Source: Auanema rhodensis
Taxonomy: Eukaryota; Animalia; Nematoda
Assembly (NCBI GenBank): GCA_964057225.1
Contig: OZ059895.1
Span: 10,168,001-10,232,000 of the forward strand
Direction: 5' to 3'
DNA: 64,000 nucleotides
Within the stretch, counting starts at the first letter, position 1; each line of letters starts with the position of its first letter. A program made the translations under genes and the position numbers. Shown in pieces: positions 50,701-64,000 of the stretch. Below the pieces are notes generated by a model, which saw only the letters and a list, made by a program, of their open reading frames with translations, had not been told where the DNA came from and made no database searches.

Positions 50701-53700
50701 TGTTAGCACAGAACCATATTAATCATATTTTCCGGCGGGCTCAAGTTGCTATTTTGTTCGATTTTCATGAAAAAATAAAAATTTTAAAATGTTTATTTTT
50801 AGCCCTAGAAATACGTGCAACATCTTATTATCTAAGAAAATTTGAAAATTAAATAATTGAAAAAGTAAAACAGATTTTGTTAGCACAGAAACATATTAAT
50901 CATATTTTAAGGCGGACTCAAGTTGCTATTTTGTTCGATTTTCATGAAAAAATAAAAATTTTAAAATGTTTATTTTTAGCCCTAGAAATACGTGCAACAT
51001 CTTACTCAACTCAAAATCAACTGTTTGATAATATAAATTAGGTTTTGTGAGCATATATCCATAGCAATCATGTTTTGCGGCGGGTTCAACTTGCTATTTC
51101 CTTTGATTTTTATGAAAAATTAAATATTCTAAAAATTTTATTTCTTGTCCTAGAAATACGTGCTACATCTCATTAAACTAAGAATTAGTTGATTGAGGAG
51201 GCAAAACAAATTTTGTTAGCACAGAACCATATTAATCATATTTTAAGGCGGGCTCAAGTTGCTATTTTGTTCGATTTTCATGAAAAAATAAAAATTTTAA
51301 AATGTTTATTTTTAGCCCTAGAAATACGTGCAACATCTTACTCAACTCAAAATCAACTGTTTAATAATATAATTTAGGTTTTGTGAGCATATATCCATAG
51401 TAATCATGTTTTGCGGCGGGTTCAACTTCCTATTTCGTTTGATTTTTATGAAAAATTAAATATTCTAAAACTTTTATTTCTTGTCCTAGAAATACGTGCT
51501 ACATCTCATTAAACTAAGAATTAGTTGATTGAAAAGGCAAAACAAATTTTGTTAGCACAGAACCATATTAATCATATTTTCCGGCGGGCTCAAGTTGCTA
51601 TTTTGTTCGATTTTCATGAAAAAATAAAAATTTTAAAATGTTTATTTTTAGCCCTAGAAATACGTGCAACATCTTATTATCTAAGAGAATTTGAAAATTA
51701 AATAATTGAAAAAGTAAAACAGATTTTGTTAGCACAGAAACATATTAATCATATTTTAAGGCGGGCTCAAGTTGCTATTTTGTTCGATTTTCTTAAAAAA
51801 ATAAAAATTTTAAAATGTTTATTTTTTGCCCTAGAAATACGTGCAACATCTCACTCAACTCAAAATCAACTGTTTGATAATATAAACTAGGTTTTGTGAG
51901 CATATATCCATAGTAATCATGTTTTGCGGCGGGTTCAACTTGCTATTTCGTTTGATTTTTATGAAAAATTAAATATTCTAAAAATTTTATTTCTTGTCCT
52001 AGAAATACGTGCTACATCTCATTAAACTAAGAATTAGTTGATTGAAAAGGCAAAACAAATTTTGTTAGCACAGAACCATATTAATCATATTTTCCGGCGG
52101 GCTCAAGTTGCTATTTTGTTCGATTTTCATGAAAAAATAAAAATTTTAAAATGTTTATTTTTAGCCCTAGAAATACGTGCAACATCTTATTATCTAAGAG
52201 AATTTGAAAATTAAATAATTGAAAAAGTAAAACAGATTTTGTTAGCACAGAAACATATTAATCATATTTTAAGGCGGGCTCAAGTTGCTATTTTGTTCGA
52301 TTTTCATAAAAAAATAAAAATTTTAAAATGTTTATTTTTAGCTCTAGAAATACGTGCAACATCTTACTCAACTCAAAATCAACTGTTTGATAATATAAAC
52401 TAGGTTTTGTGAGCATATATCCATAGTAATCATGTTTTGCGGCGGGTTCAACTTGCTATTTCGTTTGATTTTTATGAAAAATTAAATATTCTAAAAATTT
52501 TATTTCTTGTCTTAGAAATACGTGCTACATCTCATTAAACTAAGAATCAGTTGATTGAAAAGGCAAAACAAATTTTGTTAGCACAGAACCATATTAATCA
52601 TATTTTCCGGCGGGCTCAAGTTGCTATTTTGTTCGATTTTCATGAAAAAATAAAAATTTTAAAATGTTTATTTTTAGCCCTAGAAATACGTGCAACATCT
52701 TATTATCTAAGAAAATTTGAAAATTAAATAATTGAAAAAGTAAAACAGATTTTGTTAGCACAGAAACATATTAATCATATTTTAAGGCGGGCTCAAGTTG
52801 CTATTTTGTTCGATTTTCATGAAAAAATAAAAATTTTAAAATGTTTATTTTTAGCCCTACAAATACGTGCAACATCTTACTCAACTCAAAATCAACTGTT
52901 TGATAATATAAATTAGGTTTTGTGAGCATATATCCATAGTAATCATGTTTTGCGACGGGTTCAACTTGCTATTTCGTTTGATTTTTATGAAAAATTAAAT
53001 ATTCTAAAACTTTTATTTCTTGTCCTAGAAATACGTGCTACATCTCATTAAACTAAGAATTAGTTGATTGAAAAGGCAAAACAAATTTTGTTAGCACAGA
53101 ACCATATTAATCATATTTTCCGGCGGGCTCAAGTTGCTATTTTGTTCGATTTTCATGAAAAAATAAAAATTTTAAAATGTTTATTTTTAGCCCTACAAAT
53201 ACGTGCAACATCTTACTCAACTCAAAATCAACTGTTTGATAATATAAATTAGGTTCTGTGAGCATATATCCATAGTAATCATGTTTTGCGGCGGGTTCAA
53301 CTTGCTATTTCGTTTGATTTTTATGAAAAATTAAATATTCTAAAAATTTTATTTCTTGTCCTAGAAATACGTGCTACATCTCTTTAAACTAAGAATTAGT
53401 TGATTGAGAAGGCAAAACAAATTTTGTTAGCACAGAACCATATTAATCATATTTTCCGGCGGGCTTCAGTTGCTATTTTGTTCGATTTTCATGAAAAAAT
53501 AAAAATTTTTAAATGTTTATTTTTAGCCCTAGAAATACGTGCAACAACTTATTATCTAAGAAAACTTGAAAATTAAATGATTGAAAAAGTAAAACAGATT
53601 TTGTTAGCACAGAAACATATTAATCATATTTTAAGGCGGGCTCAAGTTGCTATTTTGTTCGATTTTCATGAAAAAATAAAAATTTTAAAATGTTTATTTT

Positions 53701-56700
53701 TAGCCCTAGAAATACGTGCAACATCTTACTCAACTCAAAATCGACTGTTTGATAATATAAATTAGGTTTTGTGAGCATATATCCATAGTAATCATGTTTT
53801 GCGGCGGGTTCAACTTACTATTTCGTTTGATTTTTATGAAAAATTAAATATTCTAAAACTTTTATTTCTTGTCCTAGAAATACGTGCTACATCGCTTTGA
53901 ACTAAGAATTAGTTGATTGAGGAGGCAAAACAAATTTTGTTAGCACAGAACCATATTAATCATATTTTCCGGCGGGTTCAAGTTGCTATTTTGTTCGATT
54001 TTCATGAAAAAATAAAAATTTTAAAATGTTTATTTTTAGCCCTAGAAATACGTGCAACATCTTACTCAACTCAAAATCAACTGTTTGATAATATAAATTA
54101 GGTTTTGTGAGCATATATCCATAGTAATCATGTTTTGCGGCGGGTTCAACTTGCTATTTCGTTTGATTTTTATGAAAAATTAAACATTCTAAAAATTTTA
54201 TTTCTTGTCTTAGAAATACGTGCTACATCTCATTAAACTAAGAATTAGTTGATTGAGAAGGCAAAACAAATTTTGTTAGCACAGAACCATATTAATCATA
54301 TTTTCCGGCGGGTTCAAGTTGCTATTTTGTTCGATTTTCATGAAAAAATAAAAATTTTAAAATGTTTATTTTTAGCCCTAGAAATACGTGCAACATCTTA
54401 CTCAACTCAAAATCAACTGTTTGATAATATAAACTAGGTTTTGTGAGCATATATCCATAGTAATCATGTTTTGCGGCGGGTTCAACTTGCTATTTCGTTT
54501 GATTTTTATGAAAAATTAAATATTCTAAAAATTTTATTTCTTGTCTTAGAAATACGTGCTACATCTCATTAAACTAAGAATTAGTTGATTGAGAAGGCAA
54601 AACAAATTTTGTTAGCACAGAACCATATTAATCATATTTTCCGGCGGGCTTCAGTTGCTATTTTGTTCGATTTTCATGAAAAAATAAAAATTTTTAAATG
54701 TTTATTTTTAGCCCTAGAAATACGTGCAACAACTTATTATCTAAGAAAACTTGAAAATTAAATGATTGAAAAAGTAAAACAGATTTTGTTAGCACAGAAA
54801 CATATTAATCATATTTTAAGGCGGGCTCAAGTTGCTATTTTGTTCGATTTTCATGAAAAAATAAAAATTTTAAAATGTTTATTTTTAGCCCTAGAAATAC
54901 GTGCAACATCTTACTCAACTCAAAATCAACTGTTTGATAATATAAATTAGGTTTTGTGAGCATATATCCATAGTAATCATGTTTTGCGGCGGGTTCAACT
55001 TACTATTTCGTTTGATTTTTATGAAAAATTAAATATTCTAAAACTTTTATTTCTTGTCCTAGAAATACGTGCTACATCGCTTTGAACTAAGAATTAGTTG
55101 ATTGAGGAGGCAAAACAAATTTTGTTAGCACAGAACCATATTAATCATATTTTCCGGCGGGTTCAAGTTGCTATTTTGTTCGATTTTCATGAAAAAATAA
55201 AAATTTTAAAATGTTTATTTTTAGCCCTAGAAATACGTGCAACATCTTACTCAACTCAAAATCAACTGTTTGATAATATAAATTAGGTTTTGTGAGCATA
55301 TATCCATAGTAATCATGTTTTGCGGCGGGTTCAACTTGCTATTTCGTTTGATTTTTATGAAAAATTAAATATTCTAAAACTTTTATTTCTTGTCCTAGAA
55401 ATACGTGCTACATCTTATTAAACTAAGAATTAGTTGATTGAGAAGGCAAAACAAATTTTGTTAGCACAGAAACATATTAATCATATTTTCCGGCGGGCTC
55501 AAGTTGCTATTTTGTTCGATTTTCATGAAAAAATAAAAATTTTAAAATGTTTATTTTTAGCCTTAGAATTACGTGCAACATCTTATTATCTAAGAAAATT
55601 TGAAAATTAAATAATTGAAAAAGTAAAACAGATTTTGTTAGCACAGAAACATATTAATCATATTTTAAGGCGGGCTCAAGTTGCTATTTTGTTCGATTTT
55701 CATGAAAAAATAAAAATTTTAAAATGTTTATTTTTAGCCCTAGAAATACGTGCAACATCTTACTCAACTCAAAATCAACTGTTTGATAATATAAACTAGG
55801 TTTTGTGAGCATATATCCATAGTAATCATGTTTTGCGGCGGGTTCAACTTGCTATTTCGTTTGATTTTTATGAAAAATTAAATATTCTAAAAATTTTATT
55901 TCTTGTCTTAGAAATACGTGCTACATCTCATTAAACTAAGAATCAGTTGATTGAAAAGGCAAAACAAATTTTGTTAGCACAGAACCATATTAATCATATT
56001 TTCCGGCGGGCTCAAGTTGCTATTTTGTTCGATTTTCATGAAAAAATAAAAATTTTAAAATGTTTTTTTTTAGCCCTAGAAATACGTGCAACATCTTATT
56101 ATCTAAGAAAATTTGAAAATTAAATAATTGAAAAAGTAAAACAGATTTTGTTAGCACAGAAACATATTAATCATATTTTAAGGCGGGCTCAAGTTGCTAT
56201 TTTGTTCGATTTTCATGAAAAAATAAAAATTTTAAAATGTTTATTTTTAGCCCTACAAATACGTGCAACATCTTACTCAACTCAAAATCAACTGTTTGAT
56301 AATATAAATTAGGTTTTGTGAGCATATATCCATAGTAATCATGTTTTGCGACGGGTTCAACTTGCTATTTCGTTTGATTTTTATGAAAAATTAAATATTC
56401 TAAAACTTTTATTTCTTGTCCTAGAAATACGTGCTACATCTCATTAAACTAAGAATTAGTTGATTGAAAAGGCAAAACAAATTTTGTTAGCACAGAACCA
56501 TATTAATCATATTTTCCGGCGGGCTCAAGTTGCTATTTTGTTCGATTTTCATGAAAAAATAAAAATTTTAAAATGTTTATTTTTAGCCCTACAAATACGT
56601 GCAACATCTTACTCAACTCAAAATCAACTGTTTGATAATATAAATTAGGTTCTGTGAGCATATATCCATAGTAATCATGTTTTGCGGCGGGTTCAACTTG

Positions 56701-59700
56701 CTATTTCGTTTGATTTTTATGAAAAATTAAATATTCTAAAAATTTTATTTCTTGTCCTAGAAATACGTGCTACATCTCTTTAAACTAAGAATTAGTTGAT
56801 TGAGAAGGCAAAACAAATTTTGTTAGCACAGAACCATATTAATCATATTTTCCGGCGGGCTTCAGTTGCTATTTTGTTCGATTTTCATGAAAAAATAAAA
56901 ATTTTTAAATGTTTATTTTTAGCCCTAGAAATACGTGCAACAACTTATTATCTAAGAAAACTTGAAAATTAAATGATTGAAAAAGTAAAACAGATTTTGT
57001 TAGCACAGAAACATATTAATCATATTTTAAGGCGGGCTCAAGTTGCTATTTTGTTCGATTTTCATGAAAAAATAAAAATTTTAAAATGTTTATTTTTAGC
57101 CCTAGAAATACGTGCAACATCTTACTCAACTCAAAATCAACTGTTTGATAATATAAATTAGGTTTTGTGAGCATATATCCATAGTAATCATGTTTTGCGG
57201 CGGGTTCAACTTACTATTTCGTTTGATTTTTATGACAAATTAAATATTCTAAAACTTTTATTTCTTGTCCTAGAAATACGTGCTACATCGCTTTGAACTA
57301 AGAATTAGTTGATTGAGGAGGCAAAACAAATTTTGTTAGCACAGAACCATATTAATCATATTTTCCGACGGGTTCAATTTGCTATTTTGTTCGATTTTCA
57401 TGAAAAAATAAAAATTTTAAAATGTTTATTTTTAGCCCTAGAAATACGTGCAACATCTTACTCAACTCAAAATCAACTGTTTGATAATATAAATTAGGTT
57501 TTGTGAGCATATATCCATAGTAATCATGTTTTGCGGCGGGTTCAACTTGCTATTTCGTTTGATTTTTATGAAAAATTAAATATTCTAAAACTTTTATTTC
57601 TTGTCCTAGAAATACGTGCTACATCTTATTAAACTAAGAATTAGTTGATTGAGAAGGCAAAACAAATTTTGTTAGCACAGAACCATATTAATCATATTTT
57701 CCGGCGGGCTCAAGTTGCTATTTTGTTCGATTTTCATGAAAAAATAAAAATTTTAAAATGTTTATTTTTAGCCTTAGAATTACGTGCAACATCTTATTAT
57801 CTAAGAAAATTTGAAAATTAAATAATTGAAAAAGTGAAACAGATTTTGTTAGCACAGAAACATATTAATCATATTTTAAGGCGGGCTCAAGTTGCTATTT
57901 TGTTCGATTTTCATGAAAAAATAAAAATTTTAAAATGTTTATTTTTAGCCCTAGAAATACGTGCAACATCTTACTCAACTCAAAATCAACTGTTTGATAA
58001 TATAAATTAGGTTTTGTGAGCATATATCCATAGTAATCATGTTTTGCGGCGGGTTCAACTTACTATTTCGTTTGATTTTTATGAAAAATTAAATATTCTA
58101 AAACTTTTATTTCTTGTCCTAGAAATACGTGCTACATCGCTTTGAACTAAGAATTAGTTGATTGAGGAGGCAAAACAAATTTTGTTAGCACAGAACCATA
58201 TTAATCATATTTTCCGGCGGGTTCAAGTTGCTATTTTGTTCGATTTTCATGAAAAAATAAAAATTTTAAAATGTTTATTTTTAGCCCTAGAAATACGTGC
58301 AACATCTTACTCAACTCAAAATCAACTGTTTGATAATATAAATTAGGTTTTGTGAGCATATATCCATAGTAATCATGTTTTGCGGCGGGTTCAACTTGCT
58401 ATTTCGTTTGATTTTTATGAAAAATTAAATATTCTAAAACTTTTATTTCTTGTCCTAGAAATACGTGCTACATCTTATTAAACTAAGAATTAGTTGATTG
58501 AGAAGGCAAAACAAATTTTGTTAGCACAGAACCATATTAATCATATTTTCCGGCGGGCTCAAGTTGCTATTTTGTTCGATTTTCATGAAAAAATAAAAAT
58601 TTTAAAATGTTTATTTTTAGCCTTAGAATTACGTGCAACATCTTATTATCTAAGAAAATTTGAAAATTAAATAATTGAAAAAGTAAAACAGATTTTGTTA
58701 GCACAGAAACATATTAATCATATTTTAAGGCGGGCTCAAGTTGCTATTTTGTTCGATTTTCATGAAAAAATAAAAATTTTAAAATGTTTATTTTTAGCCC
58801 TAGAAATACGTGCAACATCTTACTCAACTCAAAATCAACTGTTTGATAATATAAATTAGGTTTGGTGAGCATATATCCATAGCAATCATGTTTTGCGGCG
58901 GGTTCAACTTGCTATTTCGTTTGATTTTTATGAAAAATTAAATATTCTAAAAATTTTATTTCTTGTCCTAGAAATACGTGCTACATCTCATTAAACTAAG
59001 AATTAGTTGATTGAGGAGGCAAAACAAATTTTGTTAGCACAGAACCATATTAATCATATTTTAAGGCGGGCTCAAGTTGCTATTTTGTTCGATTTTCATG
59101 AAAAAATAAAAATTTTAAAATGTTTATTTTTAGCCCTAGAAATACGTGCAACATCTTACTCAACTCAAAATCAACTGTTTGATAATATAAATTAGGTTTT
59201 GTGAGCATATATCCATAGTAATCATGTTTTGCGGCGGGTTCAACTTACTATTTCGTTTGATTTTTATGAAAAATTAAATATTCTAAAACTTTTATTTCTT
59301 GTCCTAGAAATACGTGCTACATCTCATTAAACTAAGAATTAGTTGATTGAAAAGGCAAAACAAATTTTGTTAGCACAGAACCATATTAATCATATTTTCC
59401 GGCGGGCTCAAGTTGCTATTTTGCTCGATTTTCATGAAATAATAAAAAATTTAAAATGTTTATTTTTAGCCCTAGAAATACGTGCAACATCTTACTCAAC
59501 TCAAAATCAACTGTTTGATAATATAAATTAGGTTTTGTGAGCATATATCCATAGTAATCATGTTTTGCGGCGGGTTCAACTTACTATTTCGTTTGATTTT
59601 TATGAAAAATTAAATATTCTAAAACTTTTATTTCTTGTCCTAGAAATACGTGCTACACCTCTTTGAACTAAGAATTAGTTGATTGAGGAGGCAAAACAAA

Positions 59701-62700
59701 TTTTGTTAGCACAGAACCATATTAATCATATTTTCCGGCGGGCTCAAGTTGCTATTTTGTTCGATTTTCATGAAAAAATAAAAATTTTAAAATGTTTATT
59801 TTTAGCCCTAGAAATACGTGCAACATCTTACTCAACTCAAAATCAACTGTTTGATAATATAAATTAGGTTTTGTGAGCATATATCCATAGTAATCATGTT
59901 TTGCGGCGGGTTCAACTTGCTATTTCGTTTGATTTTTATGAAAAATTAAATATTCTAAAACTTTTATTTCTTGTCCTAGAAAAACGTGCTACATCTCATT
60001 AAACTAAGAATTAGTTGATTGAAAAGGCAAAACAAATTTTGTTAGCACAGAACCATATTAATCATATTTTCCGGCGGGCTCAAGTTGCTATTTTGTTCGA
60101 TTTTCATGAAAAAATAAAAATTTTAAAATGTTTATTTTTAGCCCTAGAAATACGAGCAACATCTTATTATCTAAGAAAATTTGAAAATTAAATAATTGAA
60201 AAAGTAAAACAGATTTTGTTAGCACAGAAACATATTAATCATATTTTAAGGCGGGCTCAAGTTGCTATTTTGTTCGATTTTCATGAAAAAATAAAAATTT
60301 TAAAATGTTTATTTTTAGCCCTACAAATACGTGCAACATCTTACTCAACTCAAAATTAACTGTTTGATAATATAAATTAGGTTTTGTGAGCATATATCCA
60401 TAGTAATCATGTTTTGCGGCGGGTTCAACTTGCTATTTCGTTTGATTTTTATGAAAAATTAAATATTCTAAAATTTTTATTTCTTGTCCTAGAAATACGT
60501 GCTACATCTCTTTAAACTAAGAATTAGTTGATTGAAAAGGCAAAACAAATTTTGTTAGCACAGAACCATATTAATCATATTTTCCGGCGGGCTCAAGTTG
60601 CTATTTTGTTCGATTTTCATGAAAAAATAAAAATTTTAAAATGTTTATTTTTAGCCCTAGAAATACGTGCAACATCTTATTATCTAAGAAAATTTGAAAA
60701 TTAAATAATTGAAAAAGTAAAACAGATTTTGTTAGCACAGAAACATATTAATCATATTTTAAGGCGGACTCAAGTTGCTATTTTGTTCGATTTTCATGAA
60801 AAAATAAAAATTTTAAAATGTTTATTTTTAGCCCTAGAAATACGTGCAACATCTTACTCAACTCAAAATCAACTGTTTGATAATATAAATTAGGTTTTGT
60901 GAGCATATATCCATAGCAATCATGTTTTGCGGCGGGTTCAACTTGCTATTTCCTTTGATTTTTATGAAAAATTAAATATTCTAAAAATTTTATTTCTTGT
61001 CCTAGAAATACGTGCTACATCTCATTGAACTAAGAATTAGTTGATTGAGGAGGCAAAACAAATTTTGTTAGCACAGAACCATATTAATCATATTTTAAGG
61101 CGGGCTCAAGTTGCTATTTTGTTCGATTTTCATGAAAAAATAAAAATTTTAAAATGTTTATTTTTAGCCCTACAAATACGTGCAACATCTTACTCAACTC
61201 AAAATCAACTGTTTGATAATATAAATTAGGTTTTGTGAGCATATATCCATAGTAATCATGTTTTGCGGCGGGTTCAACTTGCTATTTCGTTTGATTTTTA
61301 TGAAAAATTAAATATTCTAAAATTTTTATTTCTTGTCCTAGAAATACGTGCTACATCTCATTAAACTAAGAATTAGTTGATTGAAAAGGCAAAACAAATT
61401 TTGTTAGCACAGAACCATATTAATCATATTTTCCGGCGGGCTCAAGTTGCTATTTTGTTCGATTTTCATGAAAAAATAAAAATTTTAAAATGTTTATTTT
61501 TAGCCCTAGAAATACGTGCAACATCTTATTATCTAAGAGAATTTGAAAATTAAATAATTGAAAAAGTAAAACAGATTTTGTTAGCACAGAAACATATTAA
61601 TCATATTTTAAGGCGGGCTCAAGTTGCTATTTTGTTCGATTTTCTTAAAAAAATAAAAATTTTAAAATGTTTATTTTTTGCCCTAGAAATACGTGCAACA
61701 TCTTACTCAACTCAAAATCAACTGTTTGATAATATAAACTAGGTTTTGTGAGCATATATCCATAGTAATCATGTTTTGCGGCGGGTTCAACTTGCTATTT
61801 CGTTTGATTTTTATGAAAAATTAAATATTCTAAAAATTTTATTTCTTGTCCTAGAAATACGTGCTACATCTCATTAAACTAAGAATTAGTTGATTGAAAA
61901 GGCAAAACAATTTTTGTTAGCACAGAACCATATTAATCATATTTTCCGGCGGGCTCAAGTTGCTATTTTGTTCGATTTTCATGAAAAAATAAAAATTTTA
62001 AAATGTTTATTTTTAGCCCTAGAAATACGTGCAACATCTTATTATCTAAGAGAATTTGAAAATTAAATAATTGAAAAAGTAAAACAGATTTTGTTAGCAC
62101 AGAAACATATTAATCATATTTTAAGGCGGGCTCAAGTTGCTATTTTGTTCGATTTTCATAAAAAAATAAAAATTTTAAAATGTTTATTTTTAGCTCTAGA
62201 AATACGTGCAACATCTTACTCAACTCAAAATCAACTGTTTGATAATATAAACTAGGTTTTGTGAGCATATATCCATAGTAATCATGTTTTGCGGCGGGTT
62301 CAACTTGCTATTTCGTTTGATTTTTATGAAAAATTAAATATTCTAAAAATTTTATTTCTTGTCTTAGAAATACGTGCTACATCTCATTAAACTAAGAATC
62401 AGTTGATTGAAAAGGCAAAACAAATTTTGTTAGCACAGAACCATATTAATCATATTTTCCGGCGGGCTCAAGTTGCTATTTTGTTCGATTTTCATGAAAA
62501 AATAAAAATTTTAAAATGTTTATTTTTAGCCCTAGAAATACGTGCAACATCTTATTATCTAAGAAAATTTGAAAATTAAATAATTGAAAAAGTAAAACAG
62601 ATTTTGTTAGCACAGAAACATATTAATCATATTTTAAGGCGGGCTCAAGTTGCTATTTTGTTCGATTTTCATGAAAAAATAAAAATTTTAAAATGTTTAT

Positions 62701-64000
62701 TTTTAGCCCTACAAATACGTGCAACATCTTACTCAACTCAAAATCAACTGTTTGATAATATAAATTAGGTTTTGTGAGCATATATCCATAGTAATCATGT
62801 TTTGCGACGGGTTCAACTTGCTATTTCGTTTGATTTTTATGAAAAATTAAATATTCTAAAACTTTTATTTCTTGTCCTAGAAATACGTGCTACATCTCAT
62901 TAAACTAAGAATTAGTTGATTGAAAAGGCAAAACAAATTTTGTTAGCACAGAACCATATTAATCATATTTTCCGGCGGGCTCAAGTTGCTATTTTGTTCG
63001 ATTTTCATGAAAAAATAAAAATTTTAAAATGTTTATTTTTAGCCCTACAAATACGTGCAACATCTTACTCAACTCAAAATCAACTGTTTGATAATATAAA
63101 TTAGGTTCTGTGAGCATATATCCATAGTAATCATGTTTTGCGGCGGGTTCAACTTGCTATTTCGTTTGATTTTTATGAAAAATTAAATATTCTAAAAATT
63201 TTATTTCTTGTCCTAGAAATACGTGCTACATCTCTTTAAACTAAGAATTAGTTGATTGAGAAGGCAAAACAAATTTTGTTAGCACAGAACCATATTAATC
63301 ATATTTTCCGGCGGGCTTCAGTTGCTATTTTGTTCGATTTTCATGAAAAAATAAAAATTTTAAAATGTTTATTTTTAGCCCTAGAAATACGTGCAACATC
63401 TTACTCAACTCAAAATCAACTGTTTGATAATATAAATTAGGTTTTGTGAGCATATATCCATAGTAATCATGTTTTGCGGCGGGTTCAACTTGCTATTTCG
63501 TTTGATTTTTATGAAAAATTAAATATTCTAAAACTTTTATTTCTTGTCCTAGAAATACGTGCTACATCTTATTAAACTAAGAATTAGTTGATTGAGAAGG
63601 CAAAACAAATTTTGTTAGCACAGAAACATATTAATCATATTTTCCGGCGGGCTCAAGTTGCTATTTTGTTCGATTTTCATGAAAAAATAAAAATTTTAAA
63701 ATGTTTATTTTTAGCCTTAGAATTACGTGCAACATCTTATTATCTAAAAAAATTTGAAAATTAAATAATTGAAAAAGTAAAACAGATTTTGTTAGCACAG
63801 AAACATATTAATCATATTTTAAGGCGGGCTCAAGTTGCTATTTTGTTCGATTTTCATGAAAAAATAAAAATTTTAAAATGTTTATTTTTAGCCCTAGAAA
63901 TACGTGCAACATCTTACTCAACTCAAAATCAACTGTTTGATAATATAAATTAGGTTTTGTGAGCATATATCCATAGTAATCATGTTTTGCGGCGGGTTCA
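29752..64000 (+). repeat. Homogeneous 168/168/177-bp satellite array (336-bp dimers and 513-bp trimers), continues off the right edge
   Basis: Uninterrupted forward monomers. Marker spacings are sums of 336 and 513 (336, 513, 849, 1185, 1362, 1875). Confidence 0.98.

Noticed and set aside
9156-63440. About 50 near-identical 61-70-aa ORFs (MIEKAKQILLAQ...) as a tandem gene family
   Set aside because: They are one stop-free frame of the A-type satellite monomer. Many start at TTG, they flip with array orientation, and neighbouring copies carry stops (GCTTAA, TAAATAA) and frameshifts. That 168 and 177 are multiples of 3 is not enough evidence.
8196-64000. CRISPR array or prokaryotic repeat system
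   Set aside because: There are no unique spacers and no cas genes, whole monomers repeat, and the context is eukaryotic (spliceosomal introns, LTR element).

Overview
Eukaryotic, very AT-rich heterochromatin-like DNA. It is most likely from a nematode; this is an inference from 46-nt introns, a TTTTCAG acceptor and a nematode-type Ty3/Gypsy gag. No intact gene is present. Layout: (1) 1-6716, a 400-bp satellite of about 17 copies with higher-order duplications. (2) 6717-8195, a spacer with a 4-exon minus-strand gene remnant that ends in a SUMO-interacting-like motif, two hairpin minisatellites and low-complexity AT DNA. (3) About 8196-64000, roughly 300 copies of a 168/168/177-bp satellite built from 336-bp dimers and 513-bp trimers. 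It is diverged at the left edge, homogeneous to the right, and switches orientation five times. Embedded in it are a truncated LTR retrotransposon (LTR plus nonsense-interrupted gag) and a 424-bp captured intron-containing gene fragment. Both lie inside a near-identical 8.37-kb tandem duplication. The roughly 50 near-identical 62-aa ORFs are translations of the satellite monomer, not genes. All coordinates and offsets were read by eye.
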